The position numbers were made by a program, and so were the translations under genes. Shown here one piece after another: positions 17,650 to 26,426 of a stretch of 37,910 nucleotides of DNA; positions within the stretch are counted from its first letter, which is position 1; the number at the start of each line of letters is the position of its first letter. The stretch lies in the IMG/VR virus record IMGVR_UViG_3300005804_000099, positions 1 through 37,910 of that record; one strand, given 5' to 3'. This DNA comes from a virus (lineage: Duplodnaviria > Caudoviricetes). The notes under the pieces are model-generated. The model did no database searches and was not told the DNA's origin. It saw only the letters and a program-made list of their open reading frames with translations.

Positions 17650-18498
17650 TCTTGTTTTGCTCCTTTCAAGCACGAGGTCAATAGCGGTTTGTAATGTTCC
17701 AATGCGATCTACAAGCCCGTTTGCAAGGGCTTCTTTACCGATAAATTCTTTGCCGTTACAAAAAGCCAGAGCCTGCTCCTGGCTGATTCCGCGGTTGCGG
17801 GAAACGGCTTCAACGAAAATTGAGAAAATTTGATCGACCATGCCCTGCAGGTATTCTCTTCCTTCGTCTGTCAGAGGCTTTTCACTGCTGGCCAGACGCT
17901 TAAAACGACCGGCATAAATTTCGGTTCTTACAACGCCCATGGCTTTGTCGCGGGCGCTGAGGTCGTAATGCGTCAGAGCAACACCGATACTGCCGACAAT
18001 CGCGGTTTCATTGGTAACAATGGCGTGAGCCGCAGAGCCGAACCAGTAGCCGGCAGATGCCATCAGGCCGTTGGCGTAGGCCACAATGGGCTTTTTGGTT
18101 CTGGATTCATAAATGAAATCGGACAGCTCTTTTGTGCCATCGACTGCGCCGCCCGGCGATTCAACGTCGAGAACAATGCCACGAATTTTCCGGTCATCAA
18201 CGGCCATGGCGATGTTGCGCTTCAGCATTTCAGTGCTGACCCCGCCGGAAATTTTCATAAACATGTTGAAGCGCTTCGAAACGGTTCCGACAGCAGAAAT
18301 AACTGCTACGCCGTTGACAACTCGATAGGGCGAATCATCTTCTTCCGCATCATTTACGGCCGTCAACACTTTGATATCTTCGGCCGCTGAATAATTCGGA
18401 TTCTGCAGCCGGTTTTCCAGAAAGGCGTTGATTTCGGCCAATTTGCCGGGATGCAGTGCCCAGGCTTTGTCTTGAATCATGTCAATCAGCGTTGGCAT
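17194..18498 (-). CDS. head maturation protease, S49/SppA family, with C-terminal scaffold (lambda C/Nu3-like)
   Basis: Motifs DVESPGG, MASAGYW, VGSIGV; follows the portal gene. Confidence 0.9.
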   Translation of the reverse strand: MPTLIDMIQDKAWALHPGKLAEINAFLENRLQNPNYSAAEDIKVLTAVNDAEEDDSPYRVVNGVAVISAVGTVSKRFNMFMKISGGVSTEMLKRNIAMAVDDRKIRGIVLDVESPGGAVDGTKELSDFIYESRTKKPIVAYANGLMASAGYWFGSAAHAIVTNETAIVGSIGVALTHYDLSARDKAMGVVRTEIYAGRFKRLASSEKPLTDEGREYLQGMVDQIFSIFVEAVSRNRGISQEQALAFCNGKEFIGKEALANGLVDRIGTLQTAIDLVLERSKTRMDINALQKDHPDLYAQVLEIGKAEASKDLGVKIQAAVGEERTRVTEILKAEGNQAETLKAVESGMSVGDAYKGFYMAEKNNRSTGLQGMAAEATKPVKTVEPKNNDGKTYLGEIERHVAAGKTKAQAVSIVAKEHPALYQSYLESQAAQKN

Positions 18499-20095
18499 TT
18501 TGTTTCTCGCTTTCATTGTTTTCTGGCTGGTCTTGGTCCTGTGTCGCTGTTTTCGAATCGGCTGATACTGCTGCTGGCAAATACTGCTTTTTACGCCGAT
18601 ATTTCATGTAATTGTCCTGATCATCGAGGATTTCATAAGCATTGACGCCCTGGGCAGCGCATTCGATTTCTTGTGAAGAAAGGTTGTAATCAATCGCCAT
18701 TTTTGATGCGGTGATTTCTTTAACCGGATCAACCCAGCCCCAACCAGAACCCAGCCAGGCACAGCGGCAATATTCGTCAAAAAATTCGAAGAATTTTGGA
18801 ACTCTGAAATAGCCGCGATAGTAAGCCTCTTCAAGAACAAGCTCATAAAACGGCCTGCAAAAAGAATCTCCGAACCAGCTGCGCCAGAATGTGAAAACCC
18901 TGCGGCCTTCTAGCAGCGCGGCTCTTGCGCTTGAATAATTGGTCTTTGAAAAATCCTTCAAAACCAGCTCATACGGAAGGCCGATCGAAGCGCCGATCAG
19001 TCTCAGGATGTTTTCGGAAAAAACGCCGAAAACATCCTGTCCGCGATTCGGGTCAACGATCTTTACATCGTCGCCGTATTCGGCATAATGAACCATTCCC
19101 GGGCTCAGACTGGTAATCTGTTCATCGCGGGCGCCAAGCTTGACGCCGGTTTCTCTGGCTGCGTGAGCCGCCGAAACCGGGTCAGCCTTGGTGAAAATTA
19201 CAGACAAACATGCAGCAATGCGGGCCTTGATGATTTCTGCTTCGCGGTAATCACCAAGATCTTTAAACAAATCCATGACCGGCGCAAAAAGCGGAATCCC
19301 GCGGCTTTGCCCGGGCCGGCGCGGCATAAAAGCATGAATTACTTTCTTACGGCCCCGACTGTCTCTTGCATCGATTTCTTCAAGATCCGGAACGCTTTTG
19401 GCCGGGTCTTTATTGATCAGGTATTTAAGCGGTTCGCCCATCGGGCCATAAATGATACCGCGGGCTCTATTTTCATCAGCTGCCATCGGATCACCAAGCA
19501 TTTCTCGCTCAAGCAGCTGAATTGCGCGGGCAAATTTCTTGTATGGTTTTTCAGACCAGACCGGCAGCGCAATGCTTTCACCATCGCGGCAAACCTGCGT
19601 TAACGCCATAAACTGCAGGTGATCAAAAGTTGAAATCTCTCTTGCATCGGCAGTCTTGCAGAAAGCTTCGAAAGCAGCTTCGGCCATGGTTCGATATTCA
19701 TCGGCCTGCTCTTCGCTGCAGCCAAGAACCTCGGATCTGATTTTCGATTGCGGACGAAGGCCTTTGCCAACCACGTTAATGCCCATGGTGTCGATCAGAC
19801 CGGCACCGATTGGGTCATTGCGCTCTATATCGCGGAACCTTGCAACCAGCGTGTTTTGTTCCCACTTCGGCGCATCGGGTTTTGTTGTCCTGGTTGTCCA
19901 GTCGGCTCTGAGACGATTTCTAGCCGCGCCCCGGTAATATTCACTCGAAGCATTAAAAGCATTGCGGGTCTGCTGGCGTTGCAGTGCCCAGCCTGGGGCA
20001 ATCGGAGCAATCATGCTGTCGATAACACCACCGATGCCGCCGTTTTCAACAACGGTTTTTTTCAGGCTTTTAAGCATTTCGCGCGGGCTTTTCAT
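18482..20095 (-). CDS. portal protein, lambda family
   Basis: Motifs RPGQSRGIP, NYSSARAALLE, WVDPVKE. Confidence 0.93.
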   Translation of the reverse strand: MKSPREMLKSLKKTVVENGGIGGVIDSMIAPIAPGWALQRQQTRNAFNASSEYYRGAARNRLRADWTTRTTKPDAPKWEQNTLVARFRDIERNDPIGAGLIDTMGINVVGKGLRPQSKIRSEVLGCSEEQADEYRTMAEAAFEAFCKTADAREISTFDHLQFMALTQVCRDGESIALPVWSEKPYKKFARAIQLLEREMLGDPMAADENRARGIIYGPMGEPLKYLINKDPAKSVPDLEEIDARDSRGRKKVIHAFMPRRPGQSRGIPLFAPVMDLFKDLGDYREAEIIKARIAACLSVIFTKADPVSAAHAARETGVKLGARDEQITSLSPGMVHYAEYGDDVKIVDPNRGQDVFGVFSENILRLIGASIGLPYELVLKDFSKTNYSSARAALLEGRRVFTFWRSWFGDSFCRPFYELVLEEAYYRGYFRVPKFFEFFDEYCRCAWLGSGWGWVDPVKEITASKMAIDYNLSSQEIECAAQGVNAYEILDDQDNYMKYRRKKQYLPAAVSADSKTATQDQDQPENNESEKQNANAD

Positions 20096-20322
20096 TCAGG
20101 CCTCCCGAAAGTTGCAAGCAAAGTCGTATTGCCTGATCCAGATAACGCGGCAATCTGCCTGTCGAGCGACTTTCTTTCGGCCCGGATTTCAGAAATATCC
20201 TCCTTGGTGAATTCCTGACCGCCTGGTAGTTTGTATGACTTCATCAGCAAAACCGCTTTCTCTGCTTCGAGATAAGCGTTCCGCAGTTCGATCAGTTCTG
20301 TCAGCGTCATTTCGCCAGACAT
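20092..20322 (-). CDS. head completion protein (gpW-like)
   Basis: 76 aa just before the portal; YLEAEKAVL..KSY pattern; SD AGGAG. Confidence 0.75.
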   Translation of the reverse strand: MSGEMTLTELIELRNAYLEAEKAVLLMKSYKLPGGQEFTKEDISEIRAERKSLDRQIAALSGSGNTTLLATFGRPE

Positions 20323-20341
20323 TTAAAACTCCTGATAATGC

Positions 20342-20385
20342 AAAAAGGCTGCGCGACACCAGCGAGGCGTCACGCAGCCTTTTTT
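20342..20385. terminator. bidirectional intrinsic terminator-like hairpin upstream of gpW
   Basis: AAAAA-GGCTGCGCGACACC...GGCGTCACGCAGCC-TTTTTT. Confidence 0.7.
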
Positions 20386-20471
20386 GTTAAAACGGACAAA
20401 CTATTTGTTCGCCCTCTTCAATTTCAAGCATACAGACAAAATTTCAAAAAACAATGAAATATGCCTTTTAG

Positions 20472-20765
20472 CTATGATTTATGCCCATTAGACATTTTTC
20501 CGGGTTTCGGCGGTAAAATTTCGATTGAGAAAAACTCTGTAGAACATTTCTGACACAGGTGTCTGCGCTTTCTCGTTCCGGAAATCTCTGAGTAAACCTT
20601 GACCACCTTGCAGGGAAAATGCTGACACGCCCACACCGGGCACTTTGTGCCGTTGTCTGGGTCGAAATTCACCACTTTTTTACGGGCTTTATTGATACTC
20701 TTAACAAGCTCAACAAGGTTACAGCCGACTTTCGAAAAAAACTTTTCCAGATATTCAGCGTTCAT
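20472..20765 (-). CDS. zinc-finger protein, Ogr/Delta-like
   Basis: CPVWAC...RKRRHLCQKCSTEFFSIE resembles the Ogr/Delta/NrdR-type zinc ribbon. Confidence 0.55.
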   Translation of the reverse strand: MNAEYLEKFFSKVGCNLVELVKSINKARKKVVNFDPDNGTKCPVWACQHFPCKVVKVYSEISGTRKRRHLCQKCSTEFFSIEILPPKPGKMSNGHKS

Positions 20766-20770
20766 GGTGC

Positions 20771-22579
20771 TTATCTCCCGTTTATAAAATCATAACCATC
20801 ATCGTCATTGCGTTTTCTCGGTCGTTGCTCAATGATATGATCATTAATACCGGTGTCTGGCTTCTGCCAATGATGTATTCTCATCATGTCAGCAATGCAA
20901 AGCGCGTAAACAAACGTGTCCCAAAGGTCGTTGCGCTTGCCGCTGCGCTGAACCCAGTTGCCATGCTCATCTCGATATTCAGCGGTCAAGTGCGTAATCA
21001 AATCATCATCTTTTTCATGCTCTGCCGTTATGCTGTAAGCGCCCGGGGAATGCGGCTCCATGGCAAGCTTGCCGCTGGCAAAATTTTTATAATAGGTCGT
21101 ATTAACCTTGAGCAGCGTCAGACCCATCGGAATAATGCGGCCATCCGGAAACTTATCGAGTTTAGTAAGATCCCAGGTGCGGCCCATTTGCTGCACGCCT
21201 TTTATCGGCTTAAAATTTGGGTGCAACCGGCACCACTCATAAACCTCTGCGGTTCTATGACCACCGGAATCTATGCCGCCAGCTACAACTTTGAATTCTT
21301 TGCCGCCCTGGGTCTTGTAGACGGTGTCAAACATTATGCGGTCGATATCTGCCCAGTCTGCAACGGGCCCGGAAAAGACTTCCCAGCATGATAAATATGG
21401 GCCGAAAGCGATTATCTGCACCCAGAAATAGACATCCTGGGTATCTACAAGTCCAAGCAGGGCAAGGCAATCGTCGGGCACTTCGCCCTGTTTGCGGTTG
21501 TCGCGCATTTTAAGAAGGTCTTCGGCTTTTCTGCTCGACAGCTCCTTCGGATCCCACGGTTCTGCCAGGCTTGAATTGATGAAGTTGTGCAGCGGGCCCA
21601 GATCGCCGAGTTTTTTGCGCTTTACAGCTTTTACAAATTTGCGGGCCAGGTCGCCCCAGCGGGTAATTGCGGAGTAAAACTCCGGCAAACGGTATGATTC
21701 ATGCTCACCGTCGGCATCAAGATTTTGTGCAATCCAGCGGCCAGCGGCCATCATTGCGGGCTTGTGCTTTTCTTCAACCTTGCCTTTGCAGTGAGGGCAT
21801 TCAAAATAAGCCGTTTCCCGCGGATTGTTTTTATCGAACTTGAAATACTCCATTTTCAGCGTGAACTCACAGCCGCAGTGTGGGCATGGCACAAAATACA
21901 GTTTCTGAGTGCCTTCGAGAAACGCCTGATTAATCGGTCCCGAAGGAATAGACGGGGTTGATGTATCGATGATCAGGTGATTTATGTAAGATTTTGTTCT
22001 TTCGATTGCCAGTGAAATCAGGTCGGCTTCGGCTTTTTCTTCTTTGTAAACCGGGTATTTTTCGGTTTCATCGAGAAACAAAAATTTTATACTTTCGGCG
22101 GCAAGCTGGTTCGGATTTGCGCCACGCCAGAAAACAACCATGTGCCGCAGTTTATACATCGTCTTTTGAAAGTCATCTTTATCGGTTGTCTTTGTCCTGG
22201 CCAACACCGGGTTTTCATCGATAGTAATCATGGCCCGGTTTTCTGAAAGAGATTTTGCGGTGGTCAGCGAGGGTCTGACTATCAAAGCATTGCCGGGGTC
22301 GTTTGGTATTCGATAATACAAAACGATCAGGCCGGTTGTTGTTTTTGCAGACTGGGCCGACCATTCGAGCGTGATCCGCCTGACCTTGCGGTCCGCTGAT
22401 TTTTCGAGCGGCTCTCTGACGTAAGGCGTTGCCGCCGTTGAATATCGACCGGGGAATGATGATACCCGGGTCGAGAATTCAAGGTTCTCTTCGGCCCAGC
22501 GCCACGGATTAAGTTTTGGCTTGATAGACCAGCCTTTTTGCCAGGTATCAGCTAAAGTTTGAGAGTTTGCCGATTGCAT
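20771..22579 (-). CDS. terminase large subunit, GpA family
   Basis: Walker A-like SAQSAKT, Walker B LFLDE, STP, CPHC zinc motifs, nuclease DTQ and DSGG, NDLWD. Confidence 0.95.
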   Translation of the reverse strand: MQSANSQTLADTWQKGWSIKPKLNPWRWAEENLEFSTRVSSFPGRYSTAATPYVREPLEKSADRKVRRITLEWSAQSAKTTTGLIVLYYRIPNDPGNALIVRPSLTTAKSLSENRAMITIDENPVLARTKTTDKDDFQKTMYKLRHMVVFWRGANPNQLAAESIKFLFLDETEKYPVYKEEKAEADLISLAIERTKSYINHLIIDTSTPSIPSGPINQAFLEGTQKLYFVPCPHCGCEFTLKMEYFKFDKNNPRETAYFECPHCKGKVEEKHKPAMMAAGRWIAQNLDADGEHESYRLPEFYSAITRWGDLARKFVKAVKRKKLGDLGPLHNFINSSLAEPWDPKELSSRKAEDLLKMRDNRKQGEVPDDCLALLGLVDTQDVYFWVQIIAFGPYLSCWEVFSGPVADWADIDRIMFDTVYKTQGGKEFKVVAGGIDSGGHRTAEVYEWCRLHPNFKPIKGVQQMGRTWDLTKLDKFPDGRIIPMGLTLLKVNTTYYKNFASGKLAMEPHSPGAYSITAEHEKDDDLITHLTAEYRDEHGNWVQRSGKRNDLWDTFVYALCIADMMRIHHWQKPDTGINDHIIEQRPRKRNDDDGYDFINGR

Positions 22580-23231
22580 CTCTTATTTCCTGATCAAGTT
22601 TTTTTTCGATTTCTACCCATGTCAAAGACTCGAGTACCGGTGCCAGCTTTGCCGGCAAATTCAGAAGAATGCCTTTTGTCCGTTCAATCATTGTTTCGAG
22701 ATATTGCTGAACCTCTTTCATTTCCACTACTTCCCGGCGGCGCTCAAGAACTTCGCTGAAGTCCTTTTCGCACTTGCGAAGAATGTCGAGGGTTTTCTGC
22801 CAGGCATCGAGATACGATGCGTTAACAAATCCTTTTTCTTTGACGTGCTTTTGATGCAGCTTATAGGCATCAAGCTCGGCATTTCTGGCACGATCAAGCG
22901 CCGGTATCAATCCAGTGTCCCAGACAGTCGATTGTTTTTCTGATTTCGATTTACCGGCCGGCTGGCTTTCATCTGCATCTGGCGTTTTATTGCTTTCAGC
23001 TTTTGACTTACCCTGGAATTTTTTCAGCGCCCGCTCGGCATATTCTCTGACCTTCGTTCGGTCGGTTCGTTTTTTTGGCCTGGCCACAATCCACTGACAA
23101 AGGTCTTCGATTTTATAGCCCTTGTATCTCATGGGCGATGGTGCGCCCTGTTCGCGCATACGCTTCAGATGTTTATCAGTGATCTTGAGGTTTTTTAAAA
23201 CTTCGTCTTTGGTCCAGAATTCAATTGCCAC
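22548..23231 (-). CDS. terminase small subunit (Nu1-like)
   Basis: GTG at 23231 with SD AAGGGG; N-terminal winged HTH; C-terminal LLNLPAKLAP; overlaps the large subunit gene. Confidence 0.75.
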   Translation of the reverse strand: MAIEFWTKDEVLKNLKITDKHLKRMREQGAPSPMRYKGYKIEDLCQWIVARPKKRTDRTKVREYAERALKKFQGKSKAESNKTPDADESQPAGKSKSEKQSTVWDTGLIPALDRARNAELDAYKLHQKHVKEKGFVNASYLDAWQKTLDILRKCEKDFSEVLERRREVVEMKEVQQYLETMIERTKGILLNLPAKLAPVLESLTWVEIEKKLDQEIRDAIGKLSNFS

Positions 23232-23266
23232 ACAGGCCCCCTTACTTCCGCAATTTGACTCGCTCA

Positions 23267-23319
23267 GAAAACCCGGGGTGCGCCTGACCCTCAGTAGAGG
23301 CACCCCCCCGGAAGGACCC
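23267..23319 (-). other. lambda-like cos site (cosQ GGGTCCT at 23313-23319; cosN around 23278-23289)
   Basis: ACGGGTCCT-N23-N12-CCCGGGTTTTC has the same spacing as lambda GGGTCCT-N23-GGGCGGCGACCT-CGCGGGTTTTC; directly upstream of the small terminase gene. Confidence 0.75.
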
Positions 23320-23389
23320 GTGCGCACTTTTTGCACATCGCAAAACCCGCATCAGCGGCCGGCCTTCGGCATGGGCGTAAAATTCACTT

Positions 23390-24502
23390 TTAATCATTAT
23401 CTTCAGCCTCGACTTTCGTGAAAAGCTTTGCCATTGCCGCCCGCGCCTGATCTTTCGAGCCTGGAATGACGTGAGAGTAGGTATCGCCTGTAACCTTGGT
23501 GCTTGAATGACCAAGTAGTTCAGAGACGCGGGGAAGATCAACACCATGAAGCAGAAGCCAGCTGGCGTAAGTGTGTCGCAAGTCGTGAGGCCGCATGCCT
23601 TCGACGCCCATGCGCTTAACTATCAATTTGAAATCACGGACCATGCCGCGCGGGCTTTTCGATCGGCCTTTGAATATAAAGCCACATCGCGCCGATGTCG
23701 GAATGCTCTTCAGATCTGCAATAATTTCGTCAGGCAGCGGCACAACACGGTTAGACCGTTCGGTCTTCAGCTGACTGATCTGGATCGTGTTGCCGGCTAT
23801 CGTGTGCCGTTCCGTAACTTGCCTGAACACCCTGATCGTCTTCTGTTTCGTGTCTATTGCATCCCATCCAGCGGCCAGGGCTTCACCGATGCGCAGGCCG
23901 GCGCCAAGCATTAGCAGGTAATTAAACCGGTATCGTGACTGAGTAATCAATTCCCTGAATGTCTTGGCTTCAGACTCAGAAAAGATTCTGTGTTGCTTCC
24001 GTCTGGTGGCTGGTTTCTTAACGCCTCGCAGGACATTACGGAAAATGATCTCATCGTTAATGGCCTGATTGATTGCAGCATTGATAACTGAGTTGATGGT
24101 TGTTATTGTCTTTGCCGAAAGTTTATGGCTGAGGTTGGCATACAAAGTGGAAAACATAACCGGCTTAAGATCAATAAGGCGCTTATTGCCGAGATAAGGC
24201 AATACATGATTATTGATAAGCTGCTTGTATAGAGAGATTGTGGCGACAGTTTTGCCTTTTGCATATTTGGTCAGCCAGGTGCTCAACCATTTGCTGAGCG
24301 TCTGAGTCGCATCAGCACAGATAAAATTCTTTTCTTTGTAATCAGCAAGAGCTTTGTTTGCCGAAAACAAAGACTTACCACCCGATAGCCACTTTCTACA
24401 TCTATTTCCGTCTGCGTCTATTGTGCGCAACTGGATATAATATCGGCCTTTCCGAGGATAGATATAGCCTTCACCCTTTGCCCGTCGCTTTTTGCTTGCC
24501 AT
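23390..24502 (-). CDS. int: tyrosine integrase with N-terminal arm-binding domain
   Basis: KRRAKGEGYIY N-terminus; catalytic GLRIGE, QLKT, HDLRH, LLGH, TYSH all intact. Confidence 0.92.
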   Translation of the reverse strand: MASKKRRAKGEGYIYPRKGRYYIQLRTIDADGNRCRKWLSGGKSLFSANKALADYKEKNFICADATQTLSKWLSTWLTKYAKGKTVATISLYKQLINNHVLPYLGNKRLIDLKPVMFSTLYANLSHKLSAKTITTINSVINAAINQAINDEIIFRNVLRGVKKPATRRKQHRIFSESEAKTFRELITQSRYRFNYLLMLGAGLRIGEALAAGWDAIDTKQKTIRVFRQVTERHTIAGNTIQISQLKTERSNRVVPLPDEIIADLKSIPTSARCGFIFKGRSKSPRGMVRDFKLIVKRMGVEGMRPHDLRHTYASWLLLHGVDLPRVSELLGHSSTKVTGDTYSHVIPGSKDQARAAMAKLFTKVEAEDND

Positions 24503-24673
24503 GTGTGCACGCCTTTTTGCTACTAAAAATAAATGACGGAGTACCGACGGTTCGGCCTCCCGGTTCTGGTTGTTTTTATCGACAGTTGTTGTTTAGTTGA
24601 TATTATCAACGCCGGTTTACGGTGAGATTGGCTGACCATGCCCGTGAACCGGATAGTTTTGAATGATGAAAAA

Positions 24674-24889
24674 TCAGTAAAGGGGCGCATTGTTTGCATC
24701 TTTCCGCTCATAAAGCTGCTTTAAAAAGGCCTTAACTTGTCTGATGCTTGCGTTTATGCTGTCTGGATAAATCGGATTTTCTTCAAAATCTCGAACAGTG
24801 CCGGTCAATGTAATGACTTCTTCTTCAAGTTTTGCAGATCTGTCCTGTTCTTTTTCGAGTTCTTTTCTCAAAACTGATTCAATGCTCAT
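24674..24889 (-). CDS. hypothetical coiled-coil protein
   Basis: SD AAGGAG; ORF track. Confidence 0.65.
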   Translation of the reverse strand: MSIESVLRKELEKEQDRSAKLEEEVITLTGTVRDFEENPIYPDSINASIRQVKAFLKQLYERKDANNAPLY

Positions 24890-24898
24890 TTGTTCTCC

Positions 24899-25825
24899 TT
24901 ATGCTGCAAACAGCAGTTTCTGTTCGGCTTTAACGGCTTTCAGGCAATGCGGGCTGAACCAGATGCGTTCTCGATGGCGGTTTTGATTTCCGGCCCTATT
25001 CCCGTGACCGCCAGAAGCAGACCAGGCGATGCAATCCCAGTCAGGCAAATCATGTTCGCCTTCATAGCCGCAAAGGGCGATTCGCAATTTCGGGTTGCTC
25101 TGGTTGTTCCGACACCATTCGGCGACATCAAGGGCCACGGTTCTTGAATCGTGAATATAGCAATCTGCCCTGGTTTCGACGGCATAAGGCGGATCTAGAA
25201 AAATTGCAGTCAGTCCGTGAAAGTCTGTTGATGCCGGAGTGCAGACCCGTGACCAATCGCCGCAACACACCCGGGTAAATCTGAGTCTGTCGCTGAGCTC
25301 CTGAAAAATCTTTTGAAGATGATCGCGCATACCGACGGAATTGATGCCGTTGCCGCGGCCCAGATGCGGCCGAGATGTTATTCCTCTGCCGTGGTTGTTG
25401 CTGCCTGGCTGTTCTCTTTTCTTCGCCGGGTCGGCCCAGTCGTCACCGATCCACGCGCATTGCCCCCAAACCCACCAACCGGCAATTTCAGCATCGAAAT
25501 AATCAGGGTCCTGACGAAGCTGTTTAACAAGGCCTTCGGACCGAGAAACAAGCCAGCTGAATCTTGCATGCAGATCAATTTCATTAACTGGCCAGTCGCA
25601 AACAGATGCGACTATTTCCGGTTTACTGCGTACCGCTCGCCAGAAATTGCTGATCCAGCCGTTAATATCGTTCACGGTCTCGATCGTTCCATAATTTGGC
25701 CGGCCGAGCAAAACTGCCAGACTGCCGGCAAACGGTTCGACGTAGTTATTGACCATGCCGAATCGTTGCCAGACTAAATCTGCAACTTTGCGCTTGCCGC
25801 CAAAATATGGAAACGGGGCTATCAT
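24899..25825 (-). CDS. DNA adenine methyltransferase (D12/Dam-like)
   Basis: Motifs PYFGGK, YVEPFAGS, VNDIN, FLDPPY. Confidence 0.9.
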   Translation of the reverse strand: MIAPFPYFGGKRKVADLVWQRFGMVNNYVEPFAGSLAVLLGRPNYGTIETVNDINGWISNFWRAVRSKPEIVASVCDWPVNEIDLHARFSWLVSRSEGLVKQLRQDPDYFDAEIAGWWVWGQCAWIGDDWADPAKKREQPGSNNHGRGITSRPHLGRGNGINSVGMRDHLQKIFQELSDRLRFTRVCCGDWSRVCTPASTDFHGLTAIFLDPPYAVETRADCYIHDSRTVALDVAEWCRNNQSNPKLRIALCGYEGEHDLPDWDCIAWSASGGHGNRAGNQNRHRERIWFSPHCLKAVKAEQKLLFAA

Positions 25826-26062
25826 TCAGACTTTTGCCTCACTTCGCCAATCTGAAATAATGTCTGTCGCGGCTCCACCAGCTGCTTCGTAGCCTCTGAT
25901 GTAGCTGCCGACATCGACAAGATTCATCACGCCGCCGCAGTTTTGACATGTTAATTTTTGTCCAAGTTTCAAAGGACCAACTGCTCCGAAGTAATGGCGT
26001 TTACAAGTGCGGATTTTCTTTTGATTTTCCTGGACTTCTTTCCAAATCGCTTTTACGTCCAT
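25826..26062 (-). CDS. hypothetical protein with CxxH/CxxC motifs
   Basis: Translationally coupled to its neighbours. Confidence 0.65.
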   Translation of the reverse strand: MDVKAIWKEVQENQKKIRTCKRHYFGAVGPLKLGQKLTCQNCGGVMNLVDVGSYIRGYEAAGGAATDIISDWRSEAKV

Positions 26063-26421
26063 TATTCCCCGCCCTTTTCTGCTTTAATTGCAGCATCTAT
26101 CGTATAGTCGTAATACACTTTGCCGTAGTAAATCGACTTCCCTCTTGCACTTCCGCCGGCGACAACCAGAAGCGTTCCGACTTTGAGGTTGTGGGTCTTA
26201 AGAAGCTCGTTTGCCGCATCAACAGCTTTTGTGATCGGATCATTTTTTAAAATCTCTTTTACTTTATCCATGATTTTTCCTTTCGCGGCTTTTTGAGCCT
26301 CGATACACCGCAAGCATCTTTTGCAGGTTATTTCGTCATTGTTTTTTGTAACGGGGCAGGCGCTGCCCGCAAAGCGCAAGCCTAAAGCGTTCATTATCGC
26401 TTCCGGGCAAGGGTTGGGCAT
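26062..26421 (-). CDS. hypothetical protein
   Basis: ORF track; coupled to the downstream gene; start uncertain. Confidence 0.55.
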   Translation of the reverse strand: MPNPCPEAIMNALGLRFAGSACPVTKNNDEITCKRCLRCIEAQKAAKGKIMDKVKEILKNDPITKAVDAANELLKTHNLKVGTLLVVAGGSARGKSIYYGKVYYDYTIDAAIKAEKGGE

Positions 26422-26426
26422 ATTTT

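Noticed and set aside
24590-24615. dif-like Xer site near the integrase
   Set aside because: The palindrome does not match the XerC/XerD arm consensus or the 11-6-11 layout.
24523-24711. 62-aa ORF upstream of the integrase
   Set aside because: Atypical composition, weak start, and it coincides with inverted repeats; more likely non-coding, though not excluded.
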